DNA of 64,000 nt, from contig NC_043016.1 in assembly GCF_006345805.1 (NCBI RefSeq), forward strand, positions 7,502,001 to 7,566,000, written 5' to 3'. A program made the position numbers and the translations under genes. The notes beneath the pieces were generated by a model, which worked only from the letters and a program-made list of their open reading frames with translations, searched no databases and was not told where the DNA came from. This document shows, piece after piece, positions 1-11,097 of this stretch (within the stretch, counting starts at the first letter, position 1; each line of letters opens with the position of its first letter). This stretch comes from Octopus sinensis. Taxonomy: Eukaryota.

Positions 1-232
1 GGAGCCAGTCCAGCAGCACTGGCAACGACCTCACTCAAATGTTTTTTCACGTGCCACCAGCACAAGTGCCAGTAAGGCGATGCAGGTAACGATCACGCTC
101 GAATGGTGTTTTTTATGTGCCACCAGCACTGAGGCCAGCTTGTTGCTCTGGCAACAATCACGTTTGTATGGTACTCTTAGCGCTCTACTAGCACAGATGC
201 CAGTCATCGAATTTGATTTCGATTTTGAATTT
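1..232 (-). mobile_element. RTE LINE 3'-UTR fragment
   Basis: Reverse complement carries degenerate ggtggcacrtaaaaa repeats and the aaattcaaaatcgaaatc lead-in seen in the plus-strand RTE tail at 55488-55502. Confidence 0.6.
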
Positions 233-1261
233 GTGTAGGTCGTTTAGCAACAGCTTGACTCTGATATGTCATCTTTGATGGGAGAGTTCATCATCATCAT
301 CATCATTTCTAACAAGCACAAAGCCAGAAATCAGTGGTGATGTTGATTATTTTGACCTCATTATATGATAAGTACTTAATTGAAATAAACCTGCATGAGG
401 TCATAATTTCTGAGCTGATATTGTTTTTTTTTTCAGTTATTTGTTGACACTTAAAAACCTGATCAACCATGTAGACTAAGTTTTCATTAATTACTGGTGA
501 GTGAACAAATATTCAAGTATATCTATTTATCTATATAATGTGCGTGTGTGTGTGTGTATCTTCTGGTATTCACTTCTTGGCGATGAAGTGACTGGTTGAA
601 CTTTTTAAGAGGCCATGTAAAGAAACATGTTCTTTACAAAAACACATTTCAGTCTCTCAGGAAAATTAATATTGATTTCAATATACATTTCAATATGTAT
701 TTATTTTTTTGAGCAGAAAGTTGACACAATATAACTAAACCATCAATGTTATTGAATACTCTTAAAACTTACATACGTCAGAATTGATTTCAATTAATGC
801 ATTTTGACAGATAACAATGTGTGAGTGTGTGTGTGTGTTTTTTAAGTATATTAATGAAAAAGAAAAAAAATATTGACAAGAAAGTTACCAGTTAACTGAT
901 GTATTTATATGAAAATATGCAAACTGCAGACACTCATGTCACTTCTTAGTATCAGAAATGTGATCGACTTACTAGAAATACACACACACAGATATATACA
1001 TGTTTGTTTGTGTGTGTGTGTGTGTGTGTGTGTAAAATCAACTTGGAAACAGCAACTTAACAAATCAGTAGGGACTCAACTTCAAATGTGCAAAGATAAT
1101 TTTTTGATACTATAAGCTTAATTCTCTTGGAGACCCGAGCTTCTATGTCTAACTTTACCTTCCACCTGGGCTCTTGAGGAAAAAAAATAAATAGCTACTT
1201 TTACAGTTCAAGAGTAATGATTGCAGGCAAACTAATTTTGTTTTTTTGTTTTTTGTTTTAT

Positions 1262-1530
1262 GCCTGGTTCATAAGGGCCGGTTTCCCCAGTTTCTTGGCA
1301 TATAGGTTCCCCACCTGGACGGGACGCTGGTCCGTTGCAGGTGAGCTGCAAGATGCAGGAGGAAAGAGTGAGAGAAAGTTGTGGCAACAGAGTCAGCAGA
1401 AGTTTCATCATTACCTTCTGCCGGAGCCGCATGGAGCTTAGGTGTTTCGCTCATAAACAGACACATCGCCCGGTCTGAGATTCAAACCCGCAATCCCTCG
1501 ACCGTAAGTCCGCTGCTCTAACCACTAGGC
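1262..1530 (-). mobile_element. tRNA-derived SINE (family C)
   Basis: Minus strand begins gcctagtggttagagcagcggac...gcgggtttgaatctc (A/B-box-like). The body has cctgcaacggaccagcgtcccgtccagg, resembling the V-SINE-type core. Related decayed copies lie near 4080, 23800-24015 and 24300-24410. Confidence 0.7.
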
Positions 1531-1777
1531 AAACTAATGGACGGAATTGGTTGCAGCTTCTTTTTCGGTGTTGTTCATTACTGCTTTACCAGGAATCTGG
1601 CAGAGGTGATGTTTAACCTATTCCCATTATTGCAGAAATATGGTGTAACAGGGTTTAAAAAAACCCCAAAAACGCAGACAAAAATAATAGTGTAAATATT
1701 TAATAAATGGTAATTATGATGTTAGCAAAAATTCAACAATACTTAGAAATATATTTGATTTTTCCATTTTTACTTAC

Positions 1778-1877
1778 CAGAATTTTGTTTAGCCGGATCA
1801 TCTTCTTTGAACAGGAAGTTTTCAGTTTTGTTTTTGTCTTTGTTTAGAAGTGGAACCGGTGAAACATAATCAATAGG
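1778..1877 (-). CDS. Candidate internal exon of unidentified host gene (PIDYVSPVPLLNKDKNKTENFLFKEDDPAKQNS+1 nt)
   Basis: Acceptor ttttcattattcttcag, donor G|gtaagt. 100 bp open frame, unique sequence, T-rich flanks on the minus strand. Confidence 0.75.
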
Positions 1878-2194
1878 CTGAAGAATAATGAAAAACCAAT
1901 AGAATAATAAATATCATTATATTATATTATAGTGTGTGTGTGTGTGTAGGCACATATATATATATATATATATAACAATACAAAGATAATGGAGAATGCA
2001 TCCATAGAACAATCAATATATTTATTATAATAGTCAAATCCAGCATTGCTAATTAATATAGAGCTAATCCGGGTATGCTTGGATAAATATCCTTAGGAAA
2101 GAGTAATCTCTTTCCACACGGACATTTATATATATATATATATGGAAAGCGGACGTTAAATGATGATGATGATGATATATATATATATATATAA

Positions 2195-2226
<32 letters not shown>

Positions 2227-2229
2227 TAT

Positions 2230-2266
<37 letters not shown>

Positions 2267-2292
2267 AGATTTGAAGTGATGTACAGATAGGG

Positions 2293-2468
2293 TATATTTA
2301 GAATAATATGGCAGTCAGAATGATGGATGATTTTATATATTTATATTATTTATCTACATTTTTAGCGCTTTCTTCCATTATCAGATAATGAAAGAAAGTA
2401 CTAAAAATGTAAATATATATATATATATAATCATCCAACATTCTAACTACCTTATTATAGTAAATATA
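2293..2468. repeat. Imperfect ~176-bp palindrome (fold-back element)
   Basis: Arms 2293-2382 and 2384-2468 are reverse complements centred on cattatc-a-gataatg. Confidence 0.8.
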
Positions 2469-2823
2469 TATGTGTGTGTGTATATATATGTTTTTATTGG
2501 AAGCTGAAATTTCAGGAGTTATGTTGAGTTTTTTTTTTTCAAGATAGTTATTGAAAAATGAAATATAGAGTAAGAATGCACACACAATATTTTTGAAGAA
2601 ACAGACATATATGGTAATTGGCCGATAATTTTTAACGGGGAAATACTTTTAAAGAGCATAAAAATTCATTTTGCTTGATAAATTCAATTGAATACATTCA
2701 TGTATATATGTGTGCATATATGTTTATATGTGTATAATATCTATATATATATATGTTGTGTGTGTGTATAATATCTATCTAGCTATGTCTAAAACATACA
2801 AATATTATATTAAATGCATTCAA

Positions 2824-3055
2824 GGCGGCAAGCTGGTAGAAACGTTAGAATGCTGGGAGAAATGTGTAGCCATATTTCGTATGTCGTTACGTTCCGAGTT
2901 CAAATTCCGCCGAGGTTGACTTTGCCTTTCATCCTTTTGGGGTCGATAAATTAAGTACCTGGTACGCACTGGGGTCGATGTAATCGACTTAATCCGTTAG
3001 TCTGTCCTTGTTTGTCCCCTCTGTGTTTAGCCCCTTGTGGGTAGTAAAGAAATAT
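2824..3055 (+). mobile_element. tRNA-derived SINE family B
   Basis: Head ggcggcaagctggtagaaacg...gagttcaaattcc, body gcctttcatcc..gggtcgataaattaagtacc. 16-bp TSD tattaaatgcattcaa at 2808 and 3055. Confidence 0.85.
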
Positions 3056-3654
3056 ATTAAATGCATTCAAACTTATATGAACACAGAATGCTGGTCCTTG
3101 GTTTCATGAATCACTGCGTAAATTGAGACCATGAAAATCAAGGGACAGAAGGCATTGCTGAAACAGGTGGATGACAAAACTGTACCAGGGGTTGAGAGTG
3201 AGAAGGCTAGCAAATTAGAGGGAGGTGTTGGTCAATTACATCGGCCTCAGTCCTCATCTGGCACTTATGAAACTGAACTTGCAGGATTATGTCAAAATAT
3301 GAAACCATTATTAAAAGAAAAAACGCATACGAGATTTAAATAACTATTTATTGAAATGGTGATGATATGATTGTATATATATGCATGTGTGTGTTGGCGT
3401 GCATATATAAATATATAGAGAGAGTTCTCTTGTAATATTGGATTTTATCTTCTATCCAATAAAAAAAAAATGCCTTTTCCAGTGTTTTCATAATGGCATT
3501 AGGAGGACATATTTAAAAATTATTGTTCATTTCATGAGAAATTAACTGTCTTCACATTTGAAACTATTAATTATTCTTGAAATTAACCAAAAAACAAACA
3601 AACAAAATAACTCAAACATGTTAGAGTGTAGTTTACCTCACCACTGAAGAACTG

Positions 3655-3962
3655 ATCATCATTTAATGTCTGTTTTCCATGCTAGCATGGGTTGGATGGT
3701 TCATCCGGGGTCTGGTAAGCCATGGAGGCTGCACCAGGCTCTAGTCCGATTTGGCAGTGTTTCTACAGCTGGATGCCCTTCCTAACGCCAACCACTCCGT
3801 GAGTGTAGTAGGTGTTTTTACGTTGCCACCGGCACAGGGGTCAGAGCAGGCTGGCAAACGACCAGGATCGGTTGCTGCTTTTATGTGTCACTGAGAAGGA
3901 TGCCAGTCAGGTAGCACTGGCATCTGCCATGTTCGGGCAGTGCTTTTTACGTGTCACCGGTG
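3655..3962 (-). mobile_element. RTE 3'-tail fragment
   Basis: Reverse complement of ggagtggttggcgttaggaagggcatccagctgtagaaac...ccaacccatgctagcatggaaa, ending in a short ATG tail. Confidence 0.8.
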
Positions 3963-4289
3963 ATACAAAAATAAATTAAAATTTAAGAAGTGTTTGCTAG
4001 ATCATGGGGTCAATTTTCAGACCAAGAAACATGCTGTGTTTTTGAGTAAAATGCATAATTTCATGGTCTACTCAGTCTACTCAGCAGCAAATGGGTAACC
4101 CTGTAATGGATTAGCCTTTCAATCAGTGGGAATGTTTGTCTGCTCATCTAACCAGCATAATGGCATCATTTAAAAATAGCTGAAAGGATACAAAGGGCAT
4201 TGTGACCAGTGATGTATAACAACATCCAATAGCCTGGTCAATCACATGATACACACACACACACACACACAATCTTTTACTTGCTTCAG

Positions 4290-4664
4290 TCATCATAATC
4301 TTTTACTTGTTTTAGTCATTGAATTGCGGTCATGCTGGGGCACCACCTTAAAGAGTGTAGTCAAACAAATTGCCCCTCCCACTTTTTATTTTTTATAAGC
4401 CTGGTACTTATTTTATCAGGCTCTTTGCCAAAAGAGGACGTAAACAAACCAACACCAGTTGTCAAATGGTGGTGGGGGACAAACACAATCATACATAAAT
4501 ATATACATATACATGACAGATTTCTTTTAGTTTCCATCTACCAAATCCACCCACAAGGCTTGGTCAGCCTGGGGGTAGAGTAGAAGACACTTGCCCAAGG
4601 TGACATGTAGTGGGACTGAACCTGAAACCATGAGGTTAGGTAGCAAACTTCTTACCACACAGCT
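4290..4664 (-). mobile_element. tRNA-derived CORE-like SINE family A
   Basis: Minus strand ctgtgtggtaag...ggttcagtccc...caccttgggcaagtgtcttct and the family A 3' end. Confidence 0.8.
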
Positions 4665-4691
4665 GTGTGTGTGTGTGTGTGTGTATATACC

Positions 4692-4921
4692 TATTTCTTT
4701 ATTACCCACAAGGGGCTAAACACAGAGGGGACAAACAAGGACAGACATAGGTATTAAGTCGATTACATCGACCCCAGTGCGTAACTGGTACTTAATTAAT
4801 CGACCCCGAAAGGATGAAAGGAAAAGTCGACCGCGGCGGAATTTGAACTCAGAACGTAACGGCAGACGAAATACGGCTACGCAATTCGTCCGACGTGCTA
4901 ACGTTTCTGCCAGCTCGCTGC
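4692..4921 (-). mobile_element. SINE family B
   Basis: Full-length reverse copy with TSD gtgtgtgtatatacc. Confidence 0.85.
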
Positions 4922-4939
4922 CTATTGTGTGTGTATATA

Positions 4940-5128
4940 CCGGAGTAAACACATAAATGTGAAACAAGGTGGAAAAAAGAGTACTCAAATACCAGTGGTA
5001 GAGTAATATGCTTTATTTAAAGCAGCAGAAAATTCAACAAAACCTGTTACTCTGAGTTTCCCGTTCATGAACGGCAATGGAAACTCAAAGTAACAGGTTT
5101 TGTTGAATTTTCTGCTGCTTAAATAAAG
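4940..5128. mobile_element. PLE-associated hammerhead-derived fold-back element
   Basis: Arms of about 50 bp (5011-5061 and 5079-5128). Each arm reads GAAAC-TCA(G/A)AG-TA-ACAGG, the 3' half of a type I hammerhead. Confidence 0.6.
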
Positions 5129-5129
5129 T

Positions 5130-5527
5130 AGGAGTGGCTGTGTGGTAAGTAGCTTGCTAACCAGCCACATGGTTCCGGGTTCAGTCCCACTGCGTGGCAC
5201 CTTGGGCAAGTGTCTTCTGCTATAGCCCTGGGCCGACCAATGCCTTGTGAGTGGATTTGGTAGACGGAAACTGAAAGAAGCCTGTCGTATATATGTATAT
5301 ATATATATGTGTGTGTATGTGTTTGTCCCCCTAGCATTGCTTGACAACCGATGCTGGTGTGTTTACGTCCCCGTCACTTAGCGGTTCGGCAAAAGAGACC
5401 GATAGAATAAGTACTGGGCTTACAAAGAATAAGTCCCGGGGTCGATTTGCTCGACTAAAGGTGGTGCTCCAGCATGGCCGCAGTCAAATGACTGAAACAA
5501 ATAAAAGAGTAAAAAAAGAGTAAAGAG
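5130..5527 (+). mobile_element. SINE family A, full length
   Basis: aggagtggctgtgtggtaag...ggttcagtccc (A/B boxes), MIR-CORE-like ggcaccttgggcaagtgtcttct, internal (TA)n(TG)n, and an aaaagagt tail. Confidence 0.9.
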
Positions 5528-5689
5528 TATATATATATATATATATATGGTCAGCCTGGGGGTATAGTAGAAGACACTTGCCCAAGGTGACATGTAGTGG
5601 GACTGAAACTGAAACCTTGAGGTTAGGTAGCAAATTTCTTACCACACAGCTGTGTGTGTGTGTGTGTATGCGTATATAAACATGTGTGG

Positions 5690-6297
5690 GTATGTACATA
5701 TATTGGGCATGTGAGTGCACGCGTGCATAAGGGTATGTCCGTATATGAACGTGGTTTTACGCTTTGTATACTTCCTTATCTTTTTTCTGTATTGTTACCT
5801 TTAACCATGTTTTTTCTTGTGCTTGTGTGTATATAGACGTATGTATGAACCTTTACGGTACGTGCTTGTGTGTATGAGTTTGTATATATAAGCATTTACT
5901 TTTGGTGAAAAATGCGAGTGAAGATCTGTACATTTCCATAGTGACGTATACGTATGCACGTGGGTGCGCGAGCGCACATGTGAACGTATGAGTAGGCATG
6001 CTTATGTGTTTACTATGAACTTTTAACCTTATTTTAATTAGCGGTCAATGGATTAGCGCTTTATATAAGTAGCGGAATTATAACCCAGTATTTCCCTTTG
6101 TATAACGGCCTTTTTCATAGCGTTTTTCAGATGCAGATAACCAAAGAGATGGTGTTGTGGATTTCCACTCGGCATCTGAAACTCAGAGTTTTATCTTGGC
6201 TATTGAATAATTGTCACATATTATTTTACAGATAAATTTCCTCTATTTACATAATATTGAGGTCTCTTTCTTTTGTTATCTTACCATTTTTACCAAT
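5690..6297 (+). mobile_element. Solo 3' terminal region (pLTR-like) of a Penelope-like element with a decayed hammerhead
   Basis: Colinear with the minus strand of ~19030-18491. Hammerhead at 6135-6196 has the core mutated to CCAAAGA. Confidence 0.7.
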
Positions 6298-6496
6298 ATA
6301 TATATATCTTACATACACACACATACATATAGGATTAGTTGCATGTAAGCACAAATGTATATGTAGTGCATCAACACTCATTACTGAATGTGGTATTCAC
6401 CTGTGTTCAGAATATTTTAGTTAACAGTTTCAATACCAACATTTAAACCCTTTTGTATCAATAATACTACCTGGATTGCCAATCAAACTAACTTAC

Positions 6497-6526
6497 TAAT
6501 GCAAGTAAAGACTGAATATTCCCATT
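6497..6526 (-). CDS. Candidate 30-bp exon (NGNIQSLLAL)
   Basis: Acceptor tttattctttcataaatacag, donor gtaagt. Phase 0-0, joins the 1778-1877 exon in frame. Confidence 0.5.
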
Positions 6527-6604
6527 CTGTATTTATGAAAGAATAAATAAATCTGTACCATTTTATTCTGTATTTTGTTTTCTATATTCAGTGAATTTAG
6601 GTGC

Positions 6605-7005
6605 AGGAGTGGCTGTGTGGTAAATAGATTGCTTACCAACCACATGGTTCTGGGTTCAGTCCCACTGCGTGGCACCTAGGGCAAGTATCTTCTACTATAG
6701 CCTCGGGCCGACCAAAGCCTTGTGAGTGGATTTGGTAGACGGAAACTGAAAGAAGCCCGTCGTATATATGTATACATATATGTATGTGTGTGTGTATATG
6801 TTTGTGTGTCTGTGTTTGTCCTCCCCCAACATTGCTTGACAACCGATGATGGTGTGTTTACGACCCTGTAACTTAGCGGTTCGGCAAAAGAGACCGATAG
6901 AATTAGTACTAGGCTTACAAAGAATAAGTCCTGGGTCGATTTGCTTGACTAAAGGCGGTGCCCCAGCATAGCTGCAGTCAAATGACTGAAACAAGTAAAA
7001 GAGAG
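6605..7005 (+). mobile_element. SINE family A, full length
   Basis: Same head, core and tail as 5130-5527. Confidence 0.9.
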
Positions 7006-7708
7006 AAAAAAGAGAAAGTGTATGCTGTATTGGAGTTAGTATGTTGTAGGGGGGGGGGTTAATGTGTTGTAGGAGAAAAATAAAGAATACAGAGTAAAAG
7101 ACAGTGTGGATTAGTGAGTGAGTGAGTGAGTGAGTGAGTGAGTGAGTGAGTGAGTGTGTGAGTGTGTGTGTGAGTGTGTGTGTGTATGCATATCTTTGTA
7201 TCTGTGTTCATTTCCCACCACTGCTTGACAACTGGTGTTTGTGTCTTTACATCCCTGTAACGTAGCAGTTCAGCAAAAGAGACCAATAGAATAAGTACCA
7301 AGCTTAAAAAACAAAAAACAAAACAAAACAAAAAAGTACTGGGATCAATTCATTCAACTAAAAATGCTTCAAGCCAGTACTCCAGCATGGTCACAGCCAA
7401 ATAATCCAAACAAATAAAACGATAAAAGGTATCAAATAAAATCAGCCTGTTAACCACCATGGCTTGTTACTGGAACTCACCAGTAATGCCATATATTTCA
7501 TGCAGTCACACGACATACTTATTTTGTATTTTTAAAATATCTCATAATTAAACTTGAAGTCATGTCAAAGATACAGAATAGAATATTTCTCAAATTATGA
7601 AAATGTACCACTGATGGAGCATATGGTGGTTGTGTGAAGTTCAGGATGAACAACCAGTGGTACATGTGGCAGCTGATATCATTCTCCTCCTTTAGTGTCC
7701 ATTTTCTG

Positions 7709-7934
7709 TGCTGGCAGAAACATTACCATGCCGGGCGAAATGTTTAGTGGCATTTCGGCTGCCGCTACGTTCTGAGTTCAAATTCCGCCGAGGTTGACTT
7801 TGCCTTTCATTCTTTCAGGGTTGATAAATTAAGTACCAGTTATGCACTGGAGTCGATGTAATCGACTTAATCTGTTTGTCTGTCCTTGTTTGTCCTCTCT
7901 GTGTTTAGCCCCTTGTGGGTAGTAAAGAAATAGG
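7709..7934 (+). mobile_element. SINE family B, slightly 5'-truncated, with long flanking duplication
   Basis: Family B body. Flanking repeat ggtacatgtggcagctgat...tttctgtgctggca at 7659-7716 and 7933-7980. Confidence 0.85.
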
Positions 7935-8419
7935 TACATGTGGCAGCTGATATTCTCCTCCTCTCGTTTCTGTGCTGGCATGGGTTGGATGGATTGACCA
8001 GAGTTGGGAAGTTGTACCAGGTTTCATGAATAAAAATTAAAATGATTTATGTAGCTACTGGTAAAGCCATGTGGTTAAGTTGCTTGCTTCTTAATCATAT
8101 AAATCCGGGTGTCTATGTGCATAGCGTAAAAACCTTGCATCTGTTTGCATGCAATTTATATCAAAAGGTAACCTGACAATTTGATGAACAAGAGATCAGT
8201 AATACAAAGTACAAGATCCTTATGATCAATGACACACATGAAGCCTTTGAAGGTGCTGCTTCAGCATGGTCACCATCTAATGAATGAAACTAGAAAACTA
8301 GCAAAAGAATAAAGATTGGTAGTTCCTTCTGATGTTATTTGTATCAGAAGTAGTGTTGGAATAGATCCATATAATCCATGCCAATCTGCAAAAGCAGGCA
8401 AAAAATGATGATGATGATG

Positions 8420-8588
8420 ATGATATATGTATGCATGTATATACATATATATATATACATATATGAACATATATATACATACATACATATATAAACATAT
8501 ATATATACATACATACATATATATACATACGTACATATATATACATATATATACATACGTACATAGTATTTACATAATATATACATAC

Positions 8589-8619
<31 letters not shown>

Positions 8620-9583
8620 CATATATATTGAATTTATATACATATATATTGAATATATATACATATATATATATACATATATGTTGAATTTTTTGCTACC
8701 CATTGATGATTTTCTGACTAATTCTGAAATTGAATCAGCAGTTTATATTTACTGCTGATAAGTTGGCGCGAGTACGATGGTTTTGAAAATTTTAGGGCAG
8801 ATATTCCATAGGGCATAGATACAGATGCCTCGTGTATATCCGTCTCTCCTGGCCTCTTTAACGACGAGGTGTAGCCTTTGGTGGATTGACTTAATTTAAT
8901 TTAATTAAGCTGGTTTGCCATTAAAAACACCGAAAACAATGCATTGTCTAAAGATGATTTAGGGTAAATGTTTTTAAATTTTCCTTTAATTTGAATTACT
9001 ACTATACTTGGCGGTGAGTCCTGGCTGCTCTTTCTAGTGGGTCAAATGCCTATTAAGGCCATCCTCAATTGTTGTTGAATCTATACATATATATATATAC
9101 ATATATATATACACATATACATATATATATATATACATATATATATACATACATATATACATACACATATACATATATATACATACACATATACATATAT
9201 ATATATATACATACATATATACATACATATATACATATATACATATACATATACACATATACATATACACATACACATATACATATACACATATACATAT
9301 ACATATACACATATACATATACATATACACATACATATATATATATATATACACATACATATATATATATATACATACATATATATATATATACACATAT
9401 ATATATACAAATATATATATACACATACATATATATACACATACATATATATACATATATATATACACATACATATATATATATACATATATATATACAC
9501 ATACATATATATATATATACACATACATATATATATATATACACATACATATAAATACACATACATATAAATACATATACATA
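8420..9583. repeat. Compound (TA)/(CA) microsatellite blocks (8420-8685, 9083-9583)
   Basis: Direct inspection. Source of the Y/I/T/H-rich pseudo-ORFs. Confidence 0.9.
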
Positions 9584-10232
9584 AGAACCTTCCAGTCGAG
9601 AGATTCCCACACTATTATCCTTCTCTTCTCCACTTTTGCCCGACCCCACCTTGAATACTGCTGTCCACTGTGGTCTCCCTACACAAACAAAAATATTATG
9701 AGAATTGAAGCTCCCCAAAGGTCAATCACAAAAAAGATAGATGGCATGTCAGACCTTGACTACTGGGGTAGACTAGAGGAGCTGAAACTGTATTCACTCC
9801 AACGAGCGTGAATGCTACATTATCTGTATGAAGTGGGAAAATATTCCATCAGCACTGTCCGAAAGATGTTGGCATCCACCTTCAAAATACATCCAAGGCT
9901 TGGACTACGTGCCATCCGTCCACAACAAAAATCTAAATCGCATCACATAACGACAATACGGCACAATTATTTCACTCTATTGGACCGCTCTCTTCAACAT
10001 TACACCAGGACACGTCAAAACAGAAACTGACCAGACAAAATTCAAGAAGTCTTTGACAAATTCCTTCAAACAGTCCCAGACAAACCACCCACACCCGGAT
10101 ATGTCTCCGCAAACAATAACTCTCTGCTCGAATGGGCCTTGGTGCCCAAATCCTGAATTGAAAGACTTCGCCAGGTGGTGCTATTAAGTTAGACATGGCC
10201 TGGCCAATACTGGCCAAAAACCTTTCTAAGTT
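9584..10232 (+). mobile_element. CR1/L2-type LINE 3' end (decayed)
   Basis: Translates RTFQSRD...[16 protein letters not shown]...[34 protein letters not shown], the C-terminal motif of CR1-group ORF2. Confidence 0.85.
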
Positions 10233-10581
10233 ATATATATACATATATATACCTAATATATATATACACATACATATATATATACACATATATATATATA
10301 TACACATATATATATACACACATATATATACACACATATATATACACACATATATATATATACATATATATATATACATATATATACATATACACATATA
10401 TACACACATATATATATACACACATATATATACACACATATATATATACACACACATATATATATATACACACATATATATACACACATATATATACACA
10501 CATATATATATATATACACATATATATATATATACACTATATATATATATACACAACATAATATACAACACACATATATAT

Positions 10582-10650
<69 letters not shown>

Positions 10651-11097
10651 TAACTTAGAAAGGTTTTGGCCAGTATTGGCCCAGGCCATGTTCAACTTAA
10701 TAGCATCACCTGGACTTAATAGCACATATATATAACACATATATATATATATATAATATATATAATATACATATACCATATATACACACACATATATATA
10801 CACACACACCACTATATATATATATATATATACATATATATACACACATATATATACATACACATATAATATATATATATATTACATATATATACACACA
10901 TATATATATACACATATATATATATATACATATATATACACACACACACATATATATATACATATATATATATACACATATATATATACACATATATATA
11001 TACACATATATATATACACATATATATATACACATATATATATACACATAATATATATACCATATATACAGATATATATACACATATATATATACAC
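10233..11097. repeat. (TA/CA) microsatellite containing an inverted CR1 terminus at 10650-10725
   Basis: taacttagaaaggttttggcc...ttaatagcac is the reverse complement of 10175-10235. Confidence 0.85.

Noticed and set aside
2090-2120. GAAAGAG-taat-CTCTTTC hairpin as a hammerhead stem III
   Set aside because: No CUGANGA upstream on either strand.
5130-5205. tRNA-like heads of SINE A, B and C
   Set aside because: They have A/B boxes but run straight into SINE bodies, with no complete cloverleaf.
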